64,000 nt of DNA from Chloroflexota bacterium. GTDB taxonomy: Bacteria > Chloroflexota > Anaerolineae > Anaerolineales > Anaerolineaceae. Position numbers and translations under genes: made by a program. Location: the NCBI GenBank assembly GCA_023434145.1, contig JAEYTI010000365.1, forward strand, positions 1,001 to 65,000, in the 5' to 3' direction. Numbering within the stretch: position 1 is the stretch's first letter; every line of letters starts with the position of its first letter. Positions 1 through 9,998 of the stretch are shown in pieces. The notes beneath the pieces were generated by a model. That model was not told where the DNA came from. It did no database searches and saw nothing but the letters and a program-made list of their open reading frames with translations.

Positions 1-227
1 CAGTCAAAACTGTCGAAGCAATTGACGAGATGCAGAAGTATAAGATTACCCGCTCGCTGCAAACGACTGCTTTTGATGAAACGATCACCTTTGTTTTCCC
101 CAAGACAAAAGATGCTGCTCAGATGACCATTTCATCGCTTGTGGCTGAACTGTGCAAGTCCGGTGTTTTAACCGAAGACGAACTGCGCCAGGCCATCAAC
201 CAGGCTCTTAATGACAACCAACAATAA
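1..227 (+). CDS. 3' end of a CDS running off the left edge. Its position directly 5' of pglX fits brxC/pglY of a type 1 BREX operon, but identity cannot be verified from ~75 codons.
   Basis: The frame of the 30..227 ORF stays open back to nt 3 (..VKTVEAIDEMQKYK..). The stop is at 225-227, 23 nt before the pglX ATG. Confidence 0.4.
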   Translation, partial: VKTVEAIDEMQKYKITRSLQTTAFDETITFVFPKTKDAAQMTISSLVAELCKSGVLTEDELRQAINQALNDNQQ

Positions 228-250
228 CTGTTGATGAGGAATTAACGATA

Positions 251-3200
251 ATGCCTGCTTCTTACTACCGTAATGAGACCCTCTTTTCCGAAATCTACCT
301 TGAAGAAATCACCCGCCAACCAGAACAGGAAGATGTCTTAGCATCGCTGAGTGTTATGCGCGAGTACCGAGAATACGCGGACACCAGTAGCCTAGACACC
401 TGGAAAGAAAAATATATTCATGAAGTGATTTCGGCTTTGGGATTCAATGCGCAGGCAGCAGGCAAGCATATCACCCGTCTCTATCCGCTTGGAAGCACCG
501 AACCGCTTGTCTCACTGTGTTTTGTGGTGGATGCGAAAGAGAGCCTGGATAACACCTTGATGGGCAGGAACTGGATGGAGAAAACCATCCGGGCGCTGCG
601 CGAGCACGGCCTTTCCTGGGGACTGTTGACCAACGGCAAGCAGTGGCGCATTCTGCACCAGGAAGAACCTACACCATTTGAGACGTATCTGGAGATCGAT
701 CTAGAGGAAATTCTACACAACAAAGCGAAAGAATCTTATCAGATCTTCCATAAGTTTCTAAAGGCTCAAAATTTTCTGGCACAAGGTGATGGGAAATGTC
801 AGTTTGACCGTTTTAAGAAAGAGTCAAAGGACAAGATCGACTATATTGAAAAAGAGCTGGCAAACGCGCTCAAACAGCGTGAAGAGGGCGGCAAAGGTGT
901 ACTCTCCGATCTTTGCATGGGGTATGTTGAGGAATTGCGAAGAAGAAACGAAGTCAATTGGGAGGATGAAAAACTTCGTAGAAAAATTTATCATGGCGCA
1001 ATGCTTTATATGTTTCGACTGCTCTTCCTCTTTTACGCCGATGCGCGTCATCTGCTCAGCAATGACAACCACACTTTGCTTGCAAAGGTGATTAAGAGCA
1101 GCCAAGACGTTCGGCAGTCAGGGCTAGGATCACCAAATGCAATGGGCTTGTGGGAAACCCTGGAAACGATCTTTGTAGATATTGACCAGACCTACAACGG
1201 CGGACTTTTTAGTCCGCAGGAAAGCGAATTTACTCGCTTCCTTTCGGACACTCGCATTAGCAATTCCTATCTGTCCAACGTGCTATATACCTTAACAACG
1301 TACCGAGAGAAGAATGGACAGGAAAAGCCAATCAGCTACCGCGACATGAGCGTACGCCACCTGGGCACACTCTACGAAGGACTCCTGGAACATAAGTTGT
1401 TTATTGCCAGTGAGGATACAGAGGTTAAGGTTACAAAAGGGAAAATCCAGTTCACTCCATCCTCAAAAGGCGGCAAGTTAGTAAAGGGACATTACATAAG
1501 GGCTGGAGAGGTTTATTTTTCTGGAGATCCCAGCGAGCGGAAATCTACCGGCTCGTATTACACTCCCGAATATATCGTAGATTATATTGTGCTCAATACA
1601 GTGGGCGAGAAGCTCAAGGAACTCAAAGCAGCTTTTTTGAAAGAGCAGCGTCCAACTTTAGAATCCTACCAGCATGCATTGGACAAAGACGAGCGTGCTG
1701 CTTTGGGTTTGCTGTTGGAAGAGAACGTGCTAACATACATTCGCCAGAGGGTACTTACACTCTCGGTGCTTGACCCAGCGATGGGCAGCGGGCATTTTTT
1801 AGTGAACGCTACCAACATCATTGCAAACTTTATCACCCAGATTCTCAATGAATTGGAGATCGAAACCAGCCTTGAAAGCAGCACAGCGCAATGGCGGCGA
1901 TGGGTGGTGGAAAATTGCATTTATGGAGTGGATCTCAATCCACTTGCGGTGGAGCTCGCAAAGCTCTCACTGTGGATTCTTTCAATGGCGAAGAACCAGC
2001 CGCTTTCTTTCTTAAATCACAACCTGAAATGTGGAAACAGCCTGGTGGGTGCACGACTAGAAGAAATCGGTAATTTTCCCTTCTCTACCGCAAAAAAAGA
2101 ACCTCGCCAGCTTAACTTCTTCGAACGCGACCCAGACTTCAAAACTGCGGTGGAAGAGGTGATCGCCACAAGCCGGCTGATCACGGGGAAAGCATCAGCC
2201 AGCCTGGAAGATGTGCATACCAAGAAAGCATGGCTTGAGGAGATCGATCAACGCCTTGCAGGGTATAAAGCCATCTGCGACGTGCATAGCAGCCTGTACT
2301 TTGACAATCTAGTGGATGAAGTTACTTACCAGCGGATGGTCAAAGAAAAGAATTTTGGGCTAGCGCATTCGCTGGTAATTCCCAATTCTTATTTTCATTG
2401 GGAATTGGAATTTCCTGAAATCTGCCTCTCGCGAGGCGGTTTCACCTGCATTACCTGCAATCCGCCATATGATACCTTTAGAGAAAACATTTATTTTCGA
2501 AAAGAGCCTGCCGCCGGTTGTGGGAATTTGTTTGGGCACTTCATAACGAAGGCGGTAGATTTAAACCAATCATTCGGATCAATCGGTTTCATTGTCCCAT
2601 TATCCTTTGCCTGTGGTTCCAGTTACGAAACTGTCCGTCAAGAGGTTTACAAGAACTTCCACTCCCTATACGCAAGCCATTATTCTATTAGGCCTAATTC
2701 ATTGTTCGAGGATGTTGCACAACGAATAACGATATTTGTTGCGCATGAAAAAGAATCCACATCCACATGTCAGTTATTTTCCTCTAAGTTATGGCGCTGG
2801 AAAAAGGAGGACCAGGAAAAAGTGGTTTATTTTCCAGGGCTAGCTTATGTAGACCGCATTTATAAGGGCGTTATTCCAAAGGTGGGGTCTGAAACTGGGG
2901 CTGAAATTTATAGAAAAATTAAAAAGGCACCTTTAAATTTAGACCGTCTAATTTCCAACGATTCGAACAGCAATAATTCAGCTTATTTTCATAATATTGC
3001 TCGTTACTGGATCAAAGCCTACACTTTTTTGCCCTACTTCAAGCGCGAAAAGGATCCAACTCCATCGTCATCAACAGGAGTGAGAGAATTCGTTTTCAAA
3101 GATCAATTCGATAAGAATTTATTTGTCTTGTTCATTAACTCATCTATCTTTTATTACTGGTGGATTTCACACAGTGATGAATTTCATGTACTGGTTTCAG

Positions 3201-3493
3201 AAATCAGTGGTTTCGGAATTAATGGGTATGAGACTTTCCGTCAAAATCAGGAAATGGTGGTTTTATTAGTAAAGGAGTTGATGGACGACTATCAAAAGAA
3301 CTCGGCCATCAAAAGTACTGCGTTGGGCGGTTCAATCGCCCATTATCAGGAATTTTATCCGCGCAAAAGCAGGGATATCATCAATCGTATTGATGACTTC
3401 ATAGCTCCAATATATGGTCTTTCAGAAGAGCAAAACCACTTCCTAAAAGAATACGATCTAGTTTGGCGTACCGATGAGGAAAAAGGGGAATGA
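251..3493 (+). CDS. pglX: BREX type 1 N6-adenine DNA methyltransferase PglX (BrxX)
   Basis: 1080 aa. Motif I LDPAMGSGHFLV precedes motif IV CNPPYD (gamma-class N6A MTase order). Long N- and C-terminal extensions. Gene order is pglX-pglZ-brxL. Confidence 0.9.
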   Translation: MPASYYRNETLFSEIYLEEITRQPEQEDVLASLSVMREYREYADTSSLDTWKEKYIHEVISALGFNAQAAGKHITRLYPLGSTEPLVSLCFVVDAKESLDNTLMGRNWMEKTIRALREHGLSWGLLTNGKQWRILHQEEPTPFETYLEIDLEEILHNKAKESYQIFHKFLKAQNFLAQGDGKCQFDRFKKESKDKIDYIEKELANALKQREEGGKGVLSDLCMGYVEELRRRNEVNWEDEKLRRKIYHGAMLYMFRLLFLFYADARHLLSNDNHTLLAKVIKSSQDVRQSGLGSPNAMGLWETLETIFVDIDQTYNGGLFSPQESEFTRFLSDTRISNSYLSNVLYTLTTYREKNGQEKPISYRDMSVRHLGTLYEGLLEHKLFIASEDTEVKVTKGKIQFTPSSKGGKLVKGHYIRAGEVYFSGDPSERKSTGSYYTPEYIVDYIVLNTVGEKLKELKAAFLKEQRPTLESYQHALDKDERAALGLLLEENVLTYIRQRVLTLSVLDPAMGSGHFLVNATNIIANFITQILNELEIETSLESSTAQWRRWVVENCIYGVDLNPLAVELAKLSLWILSMAKNQPLSFLNHNLKCGNSLVGARLEEIGNFPFSTAKKEPRQLNFFERDPDFKTAVEEVIATSRLITGKASASLEDVHTKKAWLEEIDQRLAGYKAICDVHSSLYFDNLVDEVTYQRMVKEKNFGLAHSLVIPNSYFHWELEFPEICLSRGGFTCITCNPPYDTFRENIYFRKEPAAGCGNLFGHFITKAVDLNQSFGSIGFIVPLSFACGSSYETVRQEVYKNFHSLYASHYSIRPNSLFEDVAQRITIFVAHEKESTSTCQLFSSKLWRWKKEDQEKVVYFPGLAYVDRIYKGVIPKVGSETGAEIYRKIKKAPLNLDRLISNDSNSNNSAYFHNIARYWIKAYTFLPYFKREKDPTPSSSTGVREFVFKDQFDKNLFVLFINSSIFYYWWISHSDEFHVLVSEISGFGINGYETFRQNQEMVVLLVKELMDDYQKNSAIKSTALGGSIAHYQEFYPRKSRDIINRIDDFIAPIYGLSEEQNHFLKEYDLVWRTDEEKGE

Positions 3494-5835
3494 TTAAGAT
3501 TATTTATGACCCTCAGAATTTGATCTCTGTTAAGGAGAGCAAGGTTCAGGAAATCGGTGAATACCCGCAGGTCGTCAAGACCTGTTTGGACAGCGTGCGA
3601 GATGGCACAAGTAAGACAATCGTTTTGGTAGAGCCTGTATTGCTGCAATGGTTCAGGAACATGTCCGCTCGCTACTCTCAAGGATTATTTGTCTTTGAAA
3701 CGCTTGACGCGCGCGCTGCGCTAGCACAGCGCTGGAACGTATTAATCCCTGAGAGTGTGACGAATGAGGATATCCTTACCAATGAATTGCTTTCATTAGA
3801 TATCCACTCTCAACCGGGTTTTAATTTTGATGACACCGTCCTAAGTTATTACTATTCTGAAATCTTCACAAGTAAATCCTTTCCCTTCCCTCATATTTCA
3901 ATACTGCTTACCACCGTGTCAGAAGAAGATTGGCGCCGAAACCGAACCAATCATCTTCTTTCTCGTTCGTTTAATAATCGAGTTGAGGAATGGAAGAAGA
4001 AAGCAAACACATTTGAGCAGCGGCAGTTGATAGACCTGTTTTCATCTGACCCGGTTGTACTGAAACATTTGCTTATGGAGTATCGTGTTTTACGAAGTTA
4101 TCCAGCGCTGGGAGAGGCACTACTTGGAAGCAGTTTCTCCCTATTTAAAACATTGAAACTATCACTGGATGATTTATCGATAGAAGAATCCAAAATACCA
4201 GATGCGCGGTTGCAGGTGAGTTATCATCTAAATAATATTCAGCCACAGGCCGATAAGGATATTGAAACACTTATCAGCGATGTAAGCGGTTTACTCACTG
4301 GTGAATTTGATACGCTAGAAAAGCATCTTCTCACACATCCAGAATGGATATCGACAGGACTTCTGGATCAACTAGAAAGCAAGTTTGCTTCCCATTCGCG
4401 CCGTTACGGGAGACGAATTAAGGCACTACGTTCCCAAATCCGCCCAGTAAAACCTGAACTTCCTGACATGGCTTGGAAAGCTGAAACGATGTTGGAATGG
4501 GCGACACAGCAATATTTGCCATACCAGGCATGGTGCAGCGCGAAGGAGTATTTTGTTCCAGATCTCTATTCGACTGGCGACCGCTTTTCAGAGTGGCTCA
4601 TCTCGCACTGGTCAGACCTGCACGCAAATTCCACCCGCTTCGTCTTCAACATCCTTGCCAATAAGGCCGCAGATCTCAAGCAAGCCGGTCGGGTAAACCT
4701 GGTTCTGGTGATCGATAATTTGGGCTGGTCGTATTCTGAAATTGTCCGCGGATTGTTCGAGGAGCGGGGATATTTCCTCACCGGCGCTGAACCCTACCTG
4801 GCTATGCTGCCAAGTGAGACGGAAATTTCCAAGAAATGCCTGCTGTCTGGGGCGGTGGGTTACAACGCGATCGATGATAAAACCTATAAAAGCATCATCG
4901 AGAAAGGCTGGGTCCCCTATTTCAATAACAGCGCATTTCGCTATGTCAGCGATATTGGCAGTTTAGGGAAAATTGAAACAATCGATGCTGCTACCTACGT
5001 TGTAAACTATCTAGCGGTCGATAAGGCCTTGCATAAATCGGCTGATGAGATTGGCATGCCACACACCGAACATGTCGCCCATCTGCTCTCGCATCTGGTT
5101 GATAATGTCATTGCCTTTATCGACAAGCATGCTCTTCAAGATAAGATCCGCATTCACGTGGTTTCGGATCACGGTTCCACCCGGATACCCGCGACCATTC
5201 AAAACGATCTGGACCCCAATTTCTTCAAGGCGAGTGGTTTCGAAGCTCGCTCACACCGGTTTGTAGAGGTCAGCGACGACAAATTTGTCAGCCTGGCGGA
5301 TAATTTGAAACTCGACTGCTTTTTCTTGCCAGCGCATGAGTTTATGAACCCCAAGAACGTCTTATGCGCCCGGCGAGCAAATCGCTTCCTTCCGACTGAC
5401 CAGAGCAATTATGTGCATGGCGGTCTGCTTCCAGAAGAAGTAATCGTTCCCTATATGGCCTTTGAACCCGTCACCGTTCCCATTCAGGATGTTACAGTCC
5501 TGTTCAAGAAGAACCTGTTCCGGTATCGCATGGAAACAGTCGAGTTGGAAGTCGGTAATCCAAACGACTCCGCAGTGGAACAGGTTCAGGTGATTTTGCT
5601 CAACGGCAATGTGGAAAGCGAACCATTTACGATTCCGCTGCTCAACAGCAAATCGAAGGTGCCTGTTCAGATTCCAGCCAGGTTTAAACTAACATCGCTG
5701 CCTGAGGAACAAAACACCCTGCGCCTGCGCGTTCGCTTCCGCGCTCGTGGAGAGATACATACCACCGATGCACAAGCAAATATCGTTATGCGGAAGCTGG
5801 TAGAAGAGAAAAGCTCGGGCCTGTTTGAGGATTAG
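3490..5835 (+). CDS. pglZ: BREX PglZ-domain (alkaline-phosphatase superfamily) protein
   Basis: 781 aa. The blocks LVLVIDNLGWSY, HVVSDHGSTRI and YVHGGLLPEEVIVP are typical of PglZ. 4-nt overlap with the pglX stop. Confidence 0.85.
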   Translation: MIKIIYDPQNLISVKESKVQEIGEYPQVVKTCLDSVRDGTSKTIVLVEPVLLQWFRNMSARYSQGLFVFETLDARAALAQRWNVLIPESVTNEDILTNELLSLDIHSQPGFNFDDTVLSYYYSEIFTSKSFPFPHISILLTTVSEEDWRRNRTNHLLSRSFNNRVEEWKKKANTFEQRQLIDLFSSDPVVLKHLLMEYRVLRSYPALGEALLGSSFSLFKTLKLSLDDLSIEESKIPDARLQVSYHLNNIQPQADKDIETLISDVSGLLTGEFDTLEKHLLTHPEWISTGLLDQLESKFASHSRRYGRRIKALRSQIRPVKPELPDMAWKAETMLEWATQQYLPYQAWCSAKEYFVPDLYSTGDRFSEWLISHWSDLHANSTRFVFNILANKAADLKQAGRVNLVLVIDNLGWSYSEIVRGLFEERGYFLTGAEPYLAMLPSETEISKKCLLSGAVGYNAIDDKTYKSIIEKGWVPYFNNSAFRYVSDIGSLGKIETIDAATYVVNYLAVDKALHKSADEIGMPHTEHVAHLLSHLVDNVIAFIDKHALQDKIRIHVVSDHGSTRIPATIQNDLDPNFFKASGFEARSHRFVEVSDDKFVSLADNLKLDCFFLPAHEFMNPKNVLCARRANRFLPTDQSNYVHGGLLPEEVIVPYMAFEPVTVPIQDVTVLFKKNLFRYRMETVELEVGNPNDSAVEQVQVILLNGNVESEPFTIPLLNSKSKVPVQIPARFKLTSLPEEQNTLRLRVRFRARGEIHTTDAQANIVMRKLVEEKSSGLFED

Positions 5836-5844
5836 GAGCCAATT

Positions 5845-7926
5845 ATGGAAACGTTCGAACAAAAAGCGCTGGATATCTTTAGCGAGATTGTTATCAATAA
5901 ATCCTTTGTGCACAAAGCAGGCTTTGGCAGCAGGGCGATTCCCACCTATGTGAGGGAATGGATTATTTCTCACTACCTGGATGAAGCCACGGAATTGTCT
6001 GATACATCGCGGGATAAGATCGCCCGTTTTGTCCAGAAGTACGTTCCGGACAAAAGCCAGAAGGAAGCCATCAAGAACCAACTGTTCGAACAGATGGAAG
6101 TAAATCTGCTGGATAACTTCTCGGTATACGTCAACCTGGCTAAAGGCGACCGCTATCTGAACATTCCGTTCCTGGATGAGGATGCCGCTTTCGCTACCCC
6201 TCAGATCATTCAGGAAAATGAAATGCTGCTGAGCAGCGGGTTATGGGGCGTTGGCACGCTTTATTACGTCCCAAAGAGCGAAGACAATCCTCGAGGTCAG
6301 GTGTGGATGCGCGAGTTCCGTCCATTCCAACTGGCCAACATGGATCTGGATTACTTCCGCGAGTGCAGGAAGAGCTTTTCGACCCAGGAATGGATCGATT
6401 TTCTTGTCGCTTCAATGGGTTTCAACCATCATCTCTACACCGAGCGCCAGAAAATACTGTTGATCAGCCGGTTGATTCCGATGGTTGAGCCGCGATATAA
6501 CCTGGTTGAGTTAGCCCCAAAAGGAACCGGGAAAAGCTTTGTGTTCGAGAATATGTCACGTTATGTGGCAGTTCGCTCAGGGAATGTCTCGCCCGCTGTG
6601 CTGTTTTTTAACGACTCACGAAAAACACCTGGACTAATAACCCGGTATGACAGCGTTGTAATCGATGAAGCCCAAAAAGTAAAAGCTGACTCATCTGGTG
6701 AACTCACTGCCCTATTAAAGTCTTACCTCGAGGCCGGTCGGTTTGCACGCGGCAGCGCCAGCTCGATCCAGGCAGAAGCGGGACTGGTTATCCTGGCAAA
6801 TATCGAATTGGATCACAACCGGCGGCCAATTCACGACCAAATTGGCCTCTTCAGGATCTTCCCGAATTTCCTGCGTGAAACGGCCTTCATCGATCGCTTC
6901 TCCGGCCTGCTTCCCGGCTGGGATCTGCCCAGGGTTAGCAAGGAAACACCCTCGAAGTCGATCGGCTTGAAAGGCGACATCTTTGGCGAGATCCTGCACT
7001 CACTGCGCAGCGATATTAGCTACCGCGACTATGTTAAAACAAGCCTTGAACTGTCTAACGCAGATGACATGCGTGATAACAAGGCCATCGAAGCAGGCGC
7101 CACGGGGCTGCTTAAGATCCTATTCCCGGATAAAGATCCCTCTGAAGAGGAGTTCTACCGCTACTGCGTCAACCCCGCACTCGAGCTGCGCCAGCGGGTG
7201 CGTGACGAATTGTGCAAGTTGGATCGGGAATACGCTCCAGCTACCTTCCTTTCAAAGTTCCCAGATGAATTCCAACGAACACATCGGATCCCAATTTATG
7301 CAGATCCGGACAAGTTTGATCTGTCGACTCCAGATGAAGTAGAAGCGCCAGTTATTCAACCAAAAGACGAAGAAGAGGAAGAAGTCTTACGGTACTTTGG
7401 CGCAACTGGAGAAACGAAATCGCCCCAAGAAGCCCAGATGGAGCTTACCCCCAAAACAATCCAGATACATGAGGGGGACACAGGCTGCAGTTACCAGGTG
7501 CTATTTGGCCCCTATTTGAAGGGCGCTACCATCGTTCAGGTGGTTGATCCTTACGTCCGCCTGGAATATCAGATCAAGAACTTTATTTCATTTATCGGTG
7601 TACTGGATACTTCGGCTGGTCCAGTCCAGTTGCAGCTAAAAACCTCTGCCGAGGATGCCTATCAGGAGAAGATCCTGGAGCAGAAATTCTCAGAGATTGC
7701 GGCTGGTCTAGCCCAGCACAATATTACGTTTACCTTTGAATTCGATCCAAACATCCACGACCGTAGCATTCGCCTCAATAATGGATGGTGTATCTACCCT
7801 GGCCGTGGTCTAGATATTTACCAAAAAGCCGAGTCAAAGTACGAGCTGAGCGAGATTGATCAAACAAAGCGCAAGTGTCGCGAGACCGAAATAATCTTCA
7901 TAAAGAGCAGCGAGAGCGGCCAGTAA
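5845..7926 (+). CDS. brxL: BREX Lon-like/AAA+ protein BrxL
   Basis: 693 aa. N-terminal ..RAIPTYVREWIISHYL.., Walker A LAPKGTGKSF, Walker B VVIDEAQKV. Terminal position after pglZ. Confidence 0.85.
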   Translation: METFEQKALDIFSEIVINKSFVHKAGFGSRAIPTYVREWIISHYLDEATELSDTSRDKIARFVQKYVPDKSQKEAIKNQLFEQMEVNLLDNFSVYVNLAKGDRYLNIPFLDEDAAFATPQIIQENEMLLSSGLWGVGTLYYVPKSEDNPRGQVWMREFRPFQLANMDLDYFRECRKSFSTQEWIDFLVASMGFNHHLYTERQKILLISRLIPMVEPRYNLVELAPKGTGKSFVFENMSRYVAVRSGNVSPAVLFFNDSRKTPGLITRYDSVVIDEAQKVKADSSGELTALLKSYLEAGRFARGSASSIQAEAGLVILANIELDHNRRPIHDQIGLFRIFPNFLRETAFIDRFSGLLPGWDLPRVSKETPSKSIGLKGDIFGEILHSLRSDISYRDYVKTSLELSNADDMRDNKAIEAGATGLLKILFPDKDPSEEEFYRYCVNPALELRQRVRDELCKLDREYAPATFLSKFPDEFQRTHRIPIYADPDKFDLSTPDEVEAPVIQPKDEEEEEVLRYFGATGETKSPQEAQMELTPKTIQIHEGDTGCSYQVLFGPYLKGATIVQVVDPYVRLEYQIKNFISFIGVLDTSAGPVQLQLKTSAEDAYQEKILEQKFSEIAAGLAQHNITFTFEFDPNIHDRSIRLNNGWCIYPGRGLDIYQKAESKYELSEIDQTKRKCRETEIIFIKSSESGQ

Positions 7927-7937
7927 CGGAGGTCCAA

Positions 7938-8972
7938 ATGGGGAATCAGGAACTAATCCAGGACACAGGTCTGTTCGTTGGGCAGAAACTGTTCGAGTTT
8001 TCTTTGAGCGAGTCGTTTGATTCCATTGTCAATCTACTCCAAACGATTAAAGAGTATCGGGATTTCGCTTCTCCGGATGAGGCTGCATGGTATGACTATG
8101 TCCATCAAGTATTCCAGTTATTTGGATTTAACACGAAGAAAGTTGCTCAACGACTGATCGCATTGCAAGAAATGGGATCAAGTGGGGATCCTAAAGCGCT
8201 GGTTTGTATTATTGGCCCAAATGAAAACTTCCACCAGATCGCTTTTGGACTGGATTGGGAGTCCTACTTGTTTTATGCCGCCAGGTACCATCAGGTTGAA
8301 TGGGTAATCCTGACGAATGGGTTGCAGTTCAAGGTACTCAACTTTGCAGAGGATGAGGATAAGCAAAAGTACTTCAAGTGTGAACTCGATGAGATTATCA
8401 AGCATGGAAAAACGGATAATTTCTTTACCCTTTATAAAGTTTTCTCTGTAATCAACAATCACAAGGAAAATAGTGAGGCGAGCCCTAAGGCCGATGGCAA
8501 AGAACCTGATAATAAAGGTAAAAGAGTACTAAGTGAACGCCATTATCAGCGGAAAGAATTCTGGAACCAGTTGATTTCGCGTTCACAAAAGAAAACCACA
8601 TTGTTTTCTAAAACTCCGCCGGGAGTAGAGAATTACCTAAGTACAGGTGCAGGAAAAACTGGCATCTTTTATAACTACGTTATCAATTACGATGGAGCTC
8701 GCATTCAGTTATATATCGATAACGGAAACGGAGAATGGAACAAAAACATCTTTGATTCCCTTCTCCAAAGTAAAGACGAAATTGAGAAAGCCTATGGAGA
8801 AGCCCTTGTTTGGGAAAGATTAGAAGATAACCGTGCGAGCATTGTCAGATTCTATATCAACCACTATGGCCTTCAACAAAAAGATAACTGGTCCAATTTA
8901 CAGGATCTGATGATTGATACGATGATCAAGTTTGATCAGGCTTTTCGACCTTTCATTCAAGCGATCAAGTAG
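7938..8972 (+). CDS. PglX-N-terminal-domain paralogue 1 with a DUF4268-like C-terminal domain (344 aa)
   Basis: Start moved to MGNQ.. (GGAGG 5 nt upstream); the track start at 7875 would overlap brxL. The N-domain aligns without gaps to PglX residues ~1-175 (TIKEYRDF, LFGFNTKK, WVILTNG, DNFFTLYKVF). The C-terminus (RKEFWNQL..STGAGKTGIFYNY..LYIDNG..WERLED) looks like DUF4268. Confidence 0.8.
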   Translation: MGNQELIQDTGLFVGQKLFEFSLSESFDSIVNLLQTIKEYRDFASPDEAAWYDYVHQVFQLFGFNTKKVAQRLIALQEMGSSGDPKALVCIIGPNENFHQIAFGLDWESYLFYAARYHQVEWVILTNGLQFKVLNFAEDEDKQKYFKCELDEIIKHGKTDNFFTLYKVFSVINNHKENSEASPKADGKEPDNKGKRVLSERHYQRKEFWNQLISRSQKKTTLFSKTPPGVENYLSTGAGKTGIFYNYVINYDGARIQLYIDNGNGEWNKNIFDSLLQSKDEIEKAYGEALVWERLEDNRASIVRFYINHYGLQQKDNWSNLQDLMIDTMIKFDQAFRPFIQAIK

Positions 8973-9004
8973 TGTGATTGGGTAACCAACGAAGAGGTTT
9001 ATAA

Positions 9005-9934
9005 ATGGTTGAGCAACAATTTATTGTTGACCGAGGTTTGTTTTCTGGAAAAACATTAAGTTTTCCAATGAAAGAATCGTATGACATGGTGCAAAACATA
9101 CTCCGAACGATAAAGGAGTACCGTGATTATGCTTATCCCGGTTCGCCTTCATGGGAGGAATATATTCTAGAACTCTTCCACCTTATGGGGTTTGATACTA
9201 AAAAACTAAACCAGCGCACCATCCTTTTAGGAAGTCTAGGAACGAGGGATGCAGATAAAGCAATTGCCGGGATTGCGATGCCTGGTGAGAGTCTTGATGC
9301 CATAACTCCCTGGCTGGACTGGGCAACCTTCCTTTCCTATCCTGCAAAAATCCATAACGTGGAGTGGGGAATCCTAACGGATGGCAAGAACATCAAAATT
9401 ATTCAATTTTCTCGAAAAGATTACGGTGAGAATTACTTCCATGTAAACCTGGAGGCAATAATTCAAGGAGAACGACTGGATAGTTTCTTTATTTTGTTCA
9501 AAGTCTTTTTGCATATAAAGGGTCAACCATTTTTAGCAGCGACGACAAAAGTACATCAGCCAGAACCTATTCGATCAACACCTCCAAAAACCTCGCCGCC
9601 TCTTCCTTCAACTGCTAATGCAGTAAACAAGATTCAACCACCACCGAAAACAATTGAAAAAACCAAACTTCCGGGAGCGTTAGAAAATATTTTTGAAGTT
9701 ATAAAAGAGATGCTTTCGACCAGACATGTATTTGATCAAGTGTGTGAGGATGTAGCAAGAAGGAGAGGCGTTACAGTAACGACCATTAGGATATCCTGCA
9801 CTAGGCAAATTTTTCTAAAACCGGAAGCATTCACCAAATTGCTTGAGGATAAAACAAAACTGGTAACGTATCTTCACCAAAGGTTCCCGGGTTTTAAACC
9901 GGAAGTAACGAAAGTAATCGAGCAATATTATTAA
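9005..9934 (+). CDS. PglX-N-terminal-domain paralogue 2 with a Pro-rich linker and a small helical (HTH-like?) C-terminal domain (309 aa)
   Basis: GAAGAGG RBS. N-domain blocks TIKEYRDY, LMGFDTKK, WGILTDG, DSFFILFKVF. Linker PEPIRSTPPKTSPPLPST. The C-terminal ~90 aa are unassigned. Confidence 0.75.
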   Translation: MVEQQFIVDRGLFSGKTLSFPMKESYDMVQNILRTIKEYRDYAYPGSPSWEEYILELFHLMGFDTKKLNQRTILLGSLGTRDADKAIAGIAMPGESLDAITPWLDWATFLSYPAKIHNVEWGILTDGKNIKIIQFSRKDYGENYFHVNLEAIIQGERLDSFFILFKVFLHIKGQPFLAATTKVHQPEPIRSTPPKTSPPLPSTANAVNKIQPPPKTIEKTKLPGALENIFEVIKEMLSTRHVFDQVCEDVARRRGVTVTTIRISCTRQIFLKPEAFTKLLEDKTKLVTYLHQRFPGFKPEVTKVIEQYY

Positions 9935-9998
9935 CCACCAGAGAAAGATTTCTTCGTTTTTTGGATAGAGATCTTCTGAATCGATTAAGGAGAAGAGC

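Noticed and set aside
7875-7937. Upstream start (7875) for the first PglX-N paralogue
   Set aside because: It would overlap brxL by 52 nt. The ATG at 7938 has a GGAGG RBS, and the paralogue alignment begins there.
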